The notes below the pieces were generated by a model. It made no database searches, was not told the DNA's origin, and was given only the letters and a program-made list of their open reading frames with translations. A DNA stretch of 64,000 nt, taken from the IMG/VR virus record IMGVR_UViG_3300046028_009474, positions 1,629 to 65,628 of that record; one strand, given 5' to 3'. This DNA is from a virus. Taxonomy: Duplodnaviria; Caudoviricetes. The stretch's first letter is position 1. Every line of letters starts with the position of its first letter. Of this stretch, positions 10,201 through 18,588 are shown one piece after another. The translations under genes were made by a program, and so were the position numbers.

Positions 10201-10972
10201 AAATGGTAATTTTAATGTAGCAATAGGCAAAGACAGTTTAAAATTTGGCACTGGTGGATTTAATAATATAGCAATTGGTCAAAATGCTTTAGCTAATGAG
10301 CAAGGCTCTTATACTGTAGCAATAGGTCAAGATAGCTTATCTAATTCAAGCAATGGTAATTTTAATGTAGCAATAGGTCAAGCTAGTTTAGGAAATGCTA
10401 ATCAATCCTATAACAATGTAACTATAGGTTATAACGCTGGACTTTATGACGTTTCGTCAGGTATTATCAATGAATTATATGATAGCGTTTTTATAGGTTC
10501 TGAAGTATCACCTTATGGAGCTGGCGGCGAGTTTAATTGTATAGCTATTGGCTATAAAGCTGGCGGTATGACCGACAACTCAGCAGTTTTTGGCAATGAT
10601 AGTATAACTAATACTTATCTAAAAGGAGTTGTCCAAATACATAAAACAGGCGCAAATTTAACCAACTATGAACGCATTGCAATGCGATGGAATGGTGATA
10701 TTGGCACAATTGGGACTAGTAAAGCGGGTACTGGAGTAGCAACAGCTTTAGCATTTGAGACGAATGGAACTGCTCGCATGACTATTGCTGCTGGCGGCAA
10801 TGTAAGCAACTCTGCACTGTTTTCAACCAGTGGATTTGCCTATACTGGAATTGCTCCAGCCACAACTGGAGCGCCTGGAGTGAGCGGAGAAATGGCATTT
10901 AGCGCCAACTTCCTTTACCGTCACAATGGAACTAATTGGCAAAGAACAGGCATTGGTTTTGCCAATTGGTAA
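7292..10972 (+). CDS. Long tail fibre / adhesin-like virion protein
   Basis: GNVGIGT repeats, 14-aa NxAIGxxAL repeats resembling a trimeric-autotransporter head (about 10110-10570), and a C-terminal GxxGEMAF..LY..W.R motif. Confidence 0.8.
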   Translation: MANILIIPASGAIIFDSQSAGSSGISSLTGAPRLLYDNAGGLNITSYTTGSGTLDRFTVDGAYGRLFGVSDSVTGTIFSVNDAAGLPVIEVESNLTDKITMGTYGTNTLVVDNVSVGIGTGTPSGKLHIVDATLAGTGFLSGSALNIQQTWNTSGAPTAIKLNVFDIASTGTSNLMDLQVSGTSKLTVRKDGQIIGSAGSALLPTYGFFDANWGAGFAGWHKFGDTVACSAAGGTQTPFSISHVAIRIQHSIPFGWTNGNAASALDTILIRDGAANIIAQRNGLAPQESRIYGTYTNATNFERLNLKYNSTDSAFQIGTEKGFSGTARPLQLQTDGATRMTLSTGGNVGIGTTTPDTKLYVVGKLAVNSSNLGGKALDVYTAEAGSPVVIQSNGLTNGDGILQLAGAASSGVAYALRGSVQSNGAGIITIQQNGVGDAVLEALSISVGDSMSRYLINGGASYSVGIDNSDGDKFKISNSSVLGTNDRLVINDSGYIGIGTITPSSLLNIYGAGPKITLEGTTNSSPGVLFKNSAGTISLGTNSVRDLTVNDNTAGTSRLVIRSNGAVGIGDYYGPSNYPQNKLSVNGSASIGYATSADVAAPSNSLIVNGSVGIGTGAPDYKLDVNGTTRLGGNVIVNADSLTMASSGWGQSFGLNYGGPVTHRLSTNYDLELIGGVGAGRYVAIKNGTASIATFTEGKVGIGTGSPSGKLDILDTTLAGPGLSGSVLNLNQTWNTTGIPTAIKLNVTDTASNAASNLMDLQVTGVSKLKVDKNGSVIISSTVNGTTYIGVGSPTHGALYNRKLSLDDGVFVTAAGDTFGSNGWGFNSANGYSFKISTNTPLRILPAGIILSAPVEHRSGLSPQTYRIYNTYTSDTNFERLNFRWDSLVAKIGTSQGSVSGLARDLVLETSGTERVRITASGLFSADGVSFGKGGSGIASNLAIGQSSLVKNISGNNNLAIGQNTLSENTNGNFNVAIGKDSLKFGTGGFNNIAIGQNALANEQGSYTVAIGQDSLSNSSNGNFNVAIGQASLGNANQSYNNVTIGYNAGLYDVSSGIINELYDSVFIGSEVSPYGAGGEFNCIAIGYKAGGMTDNSAVFGNDSITNTYLKGVVQIHKTGANLTNYERIAMRWNGDIGTIGTSKAGTGVATALAFETNGTARMTIAAGGNVSNSALFSTSGFAYTGIAPATTGAPGVSGEMAFSANFLYRHNGTNWQRTGIGFANW

Positions 10973-10975
10973 CTA

Positions 10976-12064
10976 TTAATTTGGAATTTTATACTCATCC
11001 TCACCATCATCTTTAGCCAAAGATTTAAAAACTATATCATGAATAAAAGAATAATGTTTTTGAATTGCTGGAATTTTTGTAAAACTCTCACTATTCAAAG
11101 CGAATAAATTTACAATATTAAAAATTTTGGATGGTCTATTGCCCTCAAATTCATAAGTTTCTTGAATCAAATCAAATAACAATTTTAGCATTTTGACTCT
11201 GATTAGAATGTTGAAGCAATTTTTATATTCGCCCCAAAGAGTTTTAGAGTATTCTAAATTTTGGTTTTTAATAAATTCCAAAAAGAATTCTTTTTCTAGA
11301 GTTTCATTTAAATTAAATTCAACTACAATTGCTGCAAAGTCAAAATAACTATTACCGTAAAAGCTTTTTGTAAAATTCACAAATTTAAAAATATCATTTC
11401 TGAATAAAATATTTTCAGAGTTTATGCTTCCATGGCAAAATTCTTTTTTGTCTACCACTCCTATTGTATAGTAAGATGATAAATCAGTTTTAATTTCTTC
11501 AATAATAGACTGCATATTGTTGAAAGATTCATCTGTTTTAAACAATTCGACAATATCCTCCGACAAAGATTCTACTGAGCACTCTGCAAAGATGTTTGAT
11601 AAATAGTCTTTTAAACTAATTCGCGGCAAGTTATTATTCTGCAACGAAAAATAACATTTCATAAATGCTTCTAGATTTTCAATGACCACTCCTCTTCCTG
11701 CCTCATAAATAGTTTCAGCATTTTCAAATGATGTGATTGAGTAAGATATTTCATCACCGAATTTTACAATTCCATATTTAAATGGTTTTGGCTGCATTGC
11801 TAGCTTGCTGCTAGATAGAATGTTATGCTCATATTCAAAACCCTTATAATCAACATCTAAACTATATTTAATACAATAAGAGTATCCATTAATACTAGCT
11901 TTATAAACATCGTAATTGTAATTAGATGCAACAAATTCAATACTAGAGCTCTCGCCAAGTTCACAGTGTTTAATAATTTCATCAATAATTTCAAAGTCTT
12001 CGCCTTTGTTTTCTACTCTTTCAAACAAGAAGGCTGTATTTTTTACTACTGATTTTAAATTCAT
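10976..12064 (-). CDS. APH/choline-kinase-fold protein, probably a pseudokinase
   Basis: Kinase-like N-lobe (YDVYK..YCIK..E) followed by FCHGSINSENIL..KFVNF, where the fold normally has HGDxxxxN..DF. The ATG at 12064 is preferred over the TTG at 12079. Confidence 0.6.
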   Translation of the reverse strand: MNLKSVVKNTAFLFERVENKGEDFEIIDEIIKHCELGESSSIEFVASNYNYDVYKASINGYSYCIKYSLDVDYKGFEYEHNILSSSKLAMQPKPFKYGIVKFGDEISYSITSFENAETIYEAGRGVVIENLEAFMKCYFSLQNNNLPRISLKDYLSNIFAECSVESLSEDIVELFKTDESFNNMQSIIEEIKTDLSSYYTIGVVDKKEFCHGSINSENILFRNDIFKFVNFTKSFYGNSYFDFAAIVVEFNLNETLEKEFFLEFIKNQNLEYSKTLWGEYKNCFNILIRVKMLKLLFDLIQETYEFEGNRPSKIFNIVNLFALNSESFTKIPAIQKHYSFIHDIVFKSLAKDDGEDEYKIPN

Positions 12065-12077
12065 GACATTTGTATAC

Positions 12078-12111
12078 AAAAAAAATGGGATGCGCTAATA
12101 GCGCACCCCAT
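12078..12111 (-). terminator. Rho-independent terminator
   Basis: Minus-strand hairpin ATGGGGTGCGCT-ATT-AGCGCATCCCAT followed by a T run. Confidence 0.8.
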
Positions 12112-12124
12112 ATACTATTCACTA

Positions 12125-12376
12125 TTAACCAACAACATATTCCTTTTTGGAAATTCGCACCTTAGCAATAGACTTTTTACTAAAGCTCCTAAACTGATCA
12201 GCGTTACGATCATAAACTGTCATGTAACAATTAGTCTCACCAACAAAACGCGCATTGAGAGTTTCACCTTGAACTGTATCCAATCCAAAGTACCTGCCGC
12301 GAGAACCTCTGAGAGCGGAAACTGTTTCGTTTAAAGTAGAAGAGCGTCGTTGATGTGATGTGGTTGTGTTATTCAT
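12125..12376 (-). CDS. Small SH3/WYL-like fold phage protein
   Basis: 83 aa with MTVYDRNADQFRSF, resembling the YD..xRSF motif of WYL-like phage proteins. It has its own promoter and terminator. Confidence 0.5.
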   Translation of the reverse strand: MNNTTTSHQRRSSTLNETVSALRGSRGRYFGLDTVQGETLNARFVGETNCYMTVYDRNADQFRSFSKKSIAKVRISKKEYVVG

Positions 12377-12383
12377 ATAGGAG

Positions 12384-12412
12384 ATATTAACTCAACAACA
12401 GCTTATTGTCAA
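12384..12412 (-). promoter_or_regulatory. sigma70-type promoter
   Basis: TTGACA-N17-TAATAT, 7 nt before the ATG at 12376. Confidence 0.7.
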
Positions 12413-14696
12413 CAACTTTAATAGAAATCTTTAAGGTTTTAGAGTTTTTTAAGTAGAATTTTGCCAAGGGAGCTTCGATTTGATTTCTAATAATTGAGTC
12501 AATGTTGCGAGCATTATTTTCTTTTTTAACAATGCTGGACAAGTGTGCGAGAGTCTTTTTGCAGAATGATAATTCTACCTCTTTTTCTTTTAAAATGCTT
12601 TTAATTGAGTTGAGCTTGGTGCTGATAATCTGTTCAAAATGAGAGAGTTCCAAGCTTTTAAAAACAATGATTTCATTGATTCTAGCCACTAGTTCTGGTC
12701 GCAGATATTTTTTTACAGAAGCTAAGAAGGAGCTTTCATTAGACACTTTTTGAGAGATGAATCCCACTTGTTTCTGACTTGCCTCTTCATTACCAATGTT
12801 ACTGGTCATGATGATGATGCATCTGGAAAAATTGATTTTACGATTAAAGTTATCAGATATACAAGCTTCGTCCAAAATCTGAAGCAAGAGATCCAAAGTA
12901 TTTTTGTGACACTTGTCAACTTCATCAAACAAGATGACAGAATTAGGATTTTTACGAACAAACTCTGTTAAAATACCGCCCTCTTCAAATCCAACATATC
13001 CAGCACTAGTTCCAATCAGCTTGGAAATAGAAGTGGTTTCTTGATATTCACTCATGTTTAATTGGAGAATATTTTTTGGATTGCCGTAGAATTTACAAGC
13101 AATCTCTTTAGCCGTGAATGTTTTGCCTACACTAGTTGGTCCCACAAAAAAGAAGCTAGCAATAGGCTTGTTTGGTTTTTGAAATCCAAATTTGGAGCAG
13201 CTTAAAACATCGTAGATTTTAGAGATGTTTTGTTCTTGACCTAGAATTTTTTTGTTTAAATCAGTTTCAAAGTTGTGAAAAGCATTGTTGTAGTTTTGCT
13301 TCATCGAAGCAACGTCAACGTTGATTTTATTAGCTACTACTTCATAGATGCAATCTAGAGAAACTTTGGGGGTTCTAGTTTTTTTGTTTTTAATTTTAGT
13401 TTTAGTAGAAGCTTGATCAATGATGTCAAAAACTTTATCTGGAAATCTTTTATGCGGCAAGTAAGTTTCGCACAAATCAATTGTCAAATTCAAAACGTTT
13501 TCAGGATATTTAACTTTGTGAAATTTTTCATAACTAGGCAGAGCTTTGAATGACATTTCTTTAGTCATTAATTTTGAAGGCTCATCAATGTTAATCATGT
13601 CAAATCTTCTAGCAAGTGCAGCATCTTTTTCAAAAGCTTTTTTATACTCTTCGATGGTTGTTGCTCCAATACATTTAATTTCCCCGCGAGCCAAGGCTGG
13701 CTTAATCATGTTAGCCACATCTAAAGAGTTTTCTCTATTGCCAGCACCAATCATTGTGTGAATTTCATCAATGAAAAGAATGAGTTCTTTGTGAAGTTTC
13801 AACTGCTTGATGACTTTTGATAAGCGATCTTCTAGTTGACCTCTGTATCTAGTGCCAGCAGTTAAGAGTCCCATGTCGAGACTATAGATTTTATTGTTTT
13901 GCAGCGGTCCAGAGTACTCTTCAGTAGAGATTAACTGAGCAAATCCCTCTACTATACTTGTTTTACCAGTTCCAGCTTCTCCAACTAGAATACAATTACT
14001 TTTTACTTTTCTGCAAAGAGACTGTTCGATTAATGCAATTTCACTATCTCTGCCAGAAATCTTTGGAAACGATGGTTGATTAACTTCATCATTTAAAATG
14101 CTGCCAAATTTTTTGAGATAGCCATATTCTACATCTCCATAATCATTTTTAACTCCATCTGGAGAATCATCTTCTTCATCCTCCCCGTCTTCGTCATCAT
14201 AATACTCTTCATACTCGCTCTCGTCATCTGCAAAAATATTTCCAGATACGAAAGATTCAATGCAAGTTTTAAAGTGCTCTGTATCAATGTCTTGAGTTAA
14301 AAGAAAGCTGCAAAATTCATCAGGAGTATTGAGTATTCCGTACAATACATGTTCAACTCCAATAAAATAATTGTTCTTTTTATAAGCAAAGCTCAAAGCT
14401 TCAGCTATTGAAGAGGTTGTAGAAGAGCTAAAAACCACCTCTTTCTTTTCCGAATCAAACAAATAAGGATACTTTAACGCAAATCTAGAAATGAATCTCT
14501 CGACTTTTTCATCAGAAAGCTCCACGCCGCGAGAGAAAATATACTCTTTAAAATTCTTATTAGCATTTTGCCATGCGCTGCAAAATAGATAGCAATTATT
14601 AACGATATTTTGGTCGCTACTAGAGACTTTTAGTTTAACATTGTTAAACGCTCTTTCAACACTAGGAGTAAACTTAATATTATTAATGTCCATCAT
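12387..14696 (-). CDS. ClpA/ClpC-like Hsp100 AAA+ ATPase
   Basis: Clp-N domain (IGVEHVL), two Walker A motifs (GEAGTGKT, GPTSVGKT), Walker B motifs (FIDEIH, LFDEVDK), GYVG pore loop, PDK motif and a VGF loop. Confidence 0.92.
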   Translation of the reverse strand: MMDINNIKFTPSVERAFNNVKLKVSSSDQNIVNNCYLFCSAWQNANKNFKEYIFSRGVELSDEKVERFISRFALKYPYLFDSEKKEVVFSSSTTSSIAEALSFAYKKNNYFIGVEHVLYGILNTPDEFCSFLLTQDIDTEHFKTCIESFVSGNIFADDESEYEEYYDDEDGEDEEDDSPDGVKNDYGDVEYGYLKKFGSILNDEVNQPSFPKISGRDSEIALIEQSLCRKVKSNCILVGEAGTGKTSIVEGFAQLISTEEYSGPLQNNKIYSLDMGLLTAGTRYRGQLEDRLSKVIKQLKLHKELILFIDEIHTMIGAGNRENSLDVANMIKPALARGEIKCIGATTIEEYKKAFEKDAALARRFDMINIDEPSKLMTKEMSFKALPSYEKFHKVKYPENVLNLTIDLCETYLPHKRFPDKVFDIIDQASTKTKIKNKKTRTPKVSLDCIYEVVANKINVDVASMKQNYNNAFHNFETDLNKKILGQEQNISKIYDVLSCSKFGFQKPNKPIASFFFVGPTSVGKTFTAKEIACKFYGNPKNILQLNMSEYQETTSISKLIGTSAGYVGFEEGGILTEFVRKNPNSVILFDEVDKCHKNTLDLLLQILDEACISDNFNRKINFSRCIIIMTSNIGNEEASQKQVGFISQKVSNESSFLASVKKYLRPELVARINEIIVFKSLELSHFEQIISTKLNSIKSILKEKEVELSFCKKTLAHLSSIVKKENNARNIDSIIRNQIEAPLAKFYLKNSKTLKISIKVVDNKLLLS

Positions 14697-14703
14697 AAAA
14701 TTT

Positions 14704-14708
14704 TACAC
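14704..14708 (-). promoter_or_regulatory. GTGTA putative phage promoter before the Clp ATPase
   Basis: GTGTA-AAATTTTATG-ATG; 10 nt to the second ATG. Confidence 0.5.
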
Positions 14709-14709
14709 T

Positions 14710-15897
14710 TTACTTTACATCAGATAGCTTCATATAAATTTTATCTTCTAAGGGAGAGAGGCTATTGATGCTGATGATATCATTGCTTTTTCTTCCAGTC
14801 AAGATGATAACTTCTCCTTTTTTGGGAAGAACTTTTCCAGATTGAATGAAATTGGAGTATGTGGCATTTTGTTGAGAGTCCATCATGAGTGCTGTTAAAT
14901 TGCCAGATTCATCAGACATTTCTAGTCTAGCATATTTGTTTCCTCTAGCGCTAGTTCTAGAGATGACATCGCTCACAGTTCCGACAAATTTAATTTTTTC
15001 ATTGTTTCCAAGCTCAGAAATTCCACTAGAAGAGATTAGTGTTTCTCCAGAGTTTTCAGTAAAAACTTCTCTAATATTAGTAGAGTGACTGTATCCCAAC
15101 AGCTTAGTTTCAAAATACCAATTAGCGAATTTTAAGTGCTTGTGATTTTTTTCATAAATTACTTTGTATGGTTCGTACTTTGATTTAAAGGTGACGAATC
15201 TTTTTTCAGAAAAGATTAATTTATTATTGTCATCTACAAGTGATTGAGTTGTGCATTCGTGAATGCACTTCAAAACATCATAGTTGAAACGCTCTCCAAG
15301 AGCTATCACGCTACGCTTCTCCTTGTCAGTGAGCAGGTTGAACGCCTGCGCCTCTAGAACGAGCCTACAGCGATCTTTATTCAAGAAGTGATCAAGCACC
15401 CCAGCTTGAATCAAAGCGGATAAGACGCCAATATTAAGCCCCGCTTGCTTGGCAGCTAAAAAAACCTCGTACTTGTTCTTGAACTGCCCTTCGCGAAACT
15501 CAATCAAACTCTCTAATGATTTAGTAGACACTCCTTTGATAGAATTTAATCCATAACGAATATCCTTGCCTTGAATTGTAAAATCAATTTCAGACTGAGC
15601 TAAATCTGGAGCTAAAAGCTTGATGTCGAACAATGGAAGCTCTTGTGTGATTTTCGAGATTTCCTCATGAGGATTCGGTTCAAATTGAGCATACTTTAAA
15701 AGACTCAAATAAAACTGTTGTGGATAATTGAATTTTAAATAGATTGTAATGGCTGCAAGATTCGCATATGAAATGGAATGCGAATTTGATGTAATTAAGT
15801 TTTTAAGATAAAAATTATGATCAGTGGAATCGACTTCCAAATCAATAGTTTTTTTAATACCTAATGGTTTAAAAGATTTAATTCTTGTAGCTTGCAT
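14710..15897 (-). CDS. dnaE: DNA polymerase III alpha, C-terminal part, preceded by split intein C-fragment
   Basis: Begins with the IntC (..IDLEVDSTDHNFYLKNLITSN), then SHSISYA..YLK.NYP..FY, the HhH motif IRYGLNSIKGV and an OB-fold C-terminus. Confidence 0.93.
   Translation of the reverse strand: MQATRIKSFKPLGIKKTIDLEVDSTDHNFYLKNLITSNSHSISYANLAAITIYLKFNYPQQFYLSLLKYAQFEPNPHEEISKITQELPLFDIKLLAPDLAQSEIDFTIQGKDIRYGLNSIKGVSTKSLESLIEFREGQFKNKYEVFLAAKQAGLNIGVLSALIQAGVLDHFLNKDRCRLVLEAQAFNLLTDKEKRSVIALGERFNYDVLKCIHECTTQSLVDDNNKLIFSEKRFVTFKSKYEPYKVIYEKNHKHLKFANWYFETKLLGYSHSTNIREVFTENSGETLISSSGISELGNNEKIKFVGTVSDVISRTSARGNKYARLEMSDESGNLTALMMDSQQNATYSNFIQSGKVLPKKGEVIILTGRKSNDIISINSLSPLEDKIYMKLSDVK
15784..15897 (-). 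mobile_element. Split intein C-fragment (IntC, 38 aa)
   Basis: Block F (IDLEVDSTDHNFY) and block G ending in SN, followed by the +1 nucleophile Ser (codon at 15781-15783). Confidence 0.92.
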
Positions 15898-16811
15898 GTT
15901 AAAATATTTTTAAATTCTTCGTTATTTATTTCAGTCTCCCATAACTCTATCATAGTCCAACCCTTTTTGTCAAGAAATTTTTTCTTAGATTTATCTCTTC
16001 CAAAGTTTCTTTTTTGTATTTTCCCAGATGGTCCATTTGGGTAGAATCGAGGATCTATATGGAAATAAGTTCCTTGGCATTCAATTGCAATTTTAAATTC
16101 AGGAAATGCAAAATCTAAAGAAAAATATACTAAATGATACTCTTCTTCAAATAAACATTTAAGTGGTATTTCATTTAAAAATTCTCTTACTTTGATATGT
16201 ATAGAAGTTTCCCTTTTAAAAGTTCCGTCGCTATATCTTTTTGCTGTAATTTCACTTAATTTATTTTTAGTCTCTTCTGAGTGCTTCTTTCCAGAGTGGC
16301 CGTGAATTTTTCTAACTAAAGCAGATTGAGATTGTTTTATTTTTGTTTCATCTGAAGTTATTGACCCCAATCTTCTATTTCTGACTTGCTCCCCCCATTT
16401 AAGATCCCCTTTATTCCAAGCTTCTTTTCCAAACATTGGATTTGCAGATCCCATTCTCTCTATAGAGATTCTTTCGCAAAACTTTTTAAACTTTTCATTT
16501 TGTTTATTAGTGCCTTTCCCAAGTTTATAATTAGAAAATAATACTCCAGCGCCAATAAGTTGAAAATTAACATCTTCATTCGTCTCTAAGCATTTAGGAT
16601 ATTCTTGCAAATATAATTTAATATAATTAGCAATATCAGTATTGTGATATTTTTTTAAATAATTATTGAATTTATTTAAATAATAAGCTCCATCCTGTCT
16701 AGTTGGAAATAATTTAATTATTGTTTTTTTATCTACGTTGTCTAATAGACAAAAATTGAATTCTTCTGCTGGAATTAATCTATGATTAGAATCGGTTTTA
16801 ATTAGTCTCAT
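15861..16811 (-). mobile_element. Free-standing homing endonuclease (NUMOD3 repeats plus Vsr-like/EDxHD-type nuclease)
   Basis: NPMFGKEAWNKG, SDETKIKQS and GKKHSEETKNKLS (NUMOD3-like), then LDFAF..IAIECQGTYFH..RD..K..GWTMIELWE. It lies between the two intein halves. Confidence 0.88.
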
Positions 16812-16812
16812 A

Positions 16813-18588
16813 CTAATTATTACACATAATTAGCCAATTATTTTCAAGAATATCTTTAATAGGATGCATTTTTAAATCATGCTCACATAAAAACTTATGC
16901 TCCATAGAGCATTTGATAGAAACCCCATTCTCCATTTCAAATTCAAAAATTTCTTTTTCATTTTTCATTATATCTAATACTCGAACATAATGATCCTGCT
17001 CGTTTTGAATATCGAACGCTTTGATATAATCTCCGCAATTAATATCTTTCAACATTTTTATTTCTCCCGAATCTAATTCAACTGTCTCTTCTTCAAAAAT
17101 GCACTTATTAAAACTATAATTTGCGGAGTCTGATGCAACCTTCCAAAAAACATCTCCAACAATTGGATCAAGATCGTTTTCTATAATTTTATCTTTAATT
17201 TTACCCTGCCAGATAGCCATTTGATCCACTTTCTTTTTACCAATAATTCTTCTAAGCTGTTCGGCTTCATCCAAGCTGAATCCAATTTTCTTACACATTT
17301 GAAGTGTTTGTTCTTGGTATAAACATAATCCTCCAGTAGATGAAAGCACATCATCAAAGAATAGATGAATAGATTGAAACTCTCCAGTGCGAGAATAATC
17401 TGCATAACGATCAACGAAGTCTAAAGCTCCAGGTCGAGCCAAGGCTACCACCGCAGAGAGTTCTTGCAGATTTTTCGGAGCTACTTTTTGAGCTACTCTA
17501 AAATTAGTATCAGCTTCAATTTGAAACAATCCCTTGGGGCTTTTCAAGATTTGCATTGCTGCATAAATGCTAGGATCTTCAACATTAATGTCGTCCACGT
17601 TAATTCCAATCATAGAACAAACATCATGAATCACCGACAGAGTTCTGAGTCCTAAGATGTCGAATTTAACAGTCAGTGCTGAGACGCTGTTCATGTCGTA
17701 TCCAGATACAATAGCATCTTCGCCAGTCTTTTGGATTGGCATAATGTCTGGAAGATTATAAAAACTAATCGCAATCCCCGAAGGATGAACTCCAGTATTT
17801 TTGTTTAAGCCCTCTAGTTTGTTAGCAATAGTATATACCTTTTTGTGGGACAGTGCAAAAGCTTTAAAAACTTCGCTCTCTTCAAAAGCATCTTTTAGCT
17901 TGAGAACTTTGCCGAATTTTTTAGGAATAGAATCACTAATAATGTTCACCTCTGTTTCTGACATTTCAGCAACAATTTTCCCGCACTCTTTAACACAGAG
18001 CTTGCCACTCAAAGTATTCATTGTGAGAATTTTAGAAGTTTTTCCTTTATATTTATTATTAATATATTCGATCACTTCATTTCTGCGCTCATAGCTAATG
18101 TCATTGTCAATGTCTGCGAGAAGAGATCCGTCGAGATAAATCTCCCCTTCGCTTTCAATGATTTTAGCTCTGCTTTTAGAAACAAATCGTTCAAAAAAGA
18201 GATCGTATTTGATTGGATCAATGTTTGTAACTGCAATGCAATACAAGACTAAACTACCTGGAGCACTTCCTCGCCCAGCCCCTACTGGAATTTTATTCTC
18301 ATGACAATAGTTGATAACATCCCAATTCAAAAGAATATAATCAATGAATCCTAATTCCTTTAGGATTGACAGTTCCATTGTTAATCTTTCATAGTAAACT
18401 TGCTTGTTTGGAAGCTCGTCAATTTTTCTTTTCTTAACACCTTCAAAGCAAAGCTTGCGCAAAAAGTTAAAATTAGAAATGCTTGATTGGCATCCAAGAA
18501 GATCGTAGTATTTTTGGTCTACACGAATTTCTGGAAGTTTAACCCCAGCTGGAAATGGACTTTTGTAAGGAGAAAAACTAGTAATCAT
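16813..18588 (-). CDS. dnaE: DNA polymerase III alpha, N-terminal/catalytic part, ending in split intein N-fragment
   Basis: GAGRGSAPGSLV, LFFERF, ADIDNDI, GVHPSG, KFDILGL, GLFQ, LYQEQ and ANYSFNK, then the intein starting at Cys1. Confidence 0.95.
   Translation of the reverse strand: MITSFSPYKSPFPAGVKLPEIRVDQKYYDLLGCQSSISNFNFLRKLCFEGVKKRKIDELPNKQVYYERLTMELSILKELGFIDYILLNWDVINYCHENKIPVGAGRGSAPGSLVLYCIAVTNIDPIKYDLFFERFVSKSRAKIIESEGEIYLDGSLLADIDNDISYERRNEVIEYINNKYKGKTSKILTMNTLSGKLCVKECGKIVAEMSETEVNIISDSIPKKFGKVLKLKDAFEESEVFKAFALSHKKVYTIANKLEGLNKNTGVHPSGIAISFYNLPDIMPIQKTGEDAIVSGYDMNSVSALTVKFDILGLRTLSVIHDVCSMIGINVDDINVEDPSIYAAMQILKSPKGLFQIEADTNFRVAQKVAPKNLQELSAVVALARPGALDFVDRYADYSRTGEFQSIHLFFDDVLSSTGGLCLYQEQTLQMCKKIGFSLDEAEQLRRIIGKKKVDQMAIWQGKIKDKIIENDLDPIVGDVFWKVASDSANYSFNKCIFEEETVELDSGEIKMLKDINCGDYIKAFDIQNEQDHYVRVLDIMKNEKEIFEFEMENGVSIKCSMEHKFLCEHDLKMHPIKDILENNWLIMCNN
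16816..17103 (-). mobile_element. Split intein N-fragment (IntN, 96 aa)
   Basis: Block A CIFEEETV..G..IKMLKDINCGD and block B IKCSMEHKF; the ORF ends without a block F/G. Confidence 0.92.
16821..16825 (-). promoter_or_regulatory. GTGTA putative phage promoter for the homing endonuclease, inside the last IntN codons
   Basis: GTGTA-ATAATTAGT-ATG; 9 nt spacing. Confidence 0.55.

Noticed and set aside
5323-10972. Diversity-generating retroelement acting on fibre or lectin genes
   Set aside because: No reverse transcriptase in the window and no repeat pair differing only at adenines; the differences look like ordinary paralog divergence.
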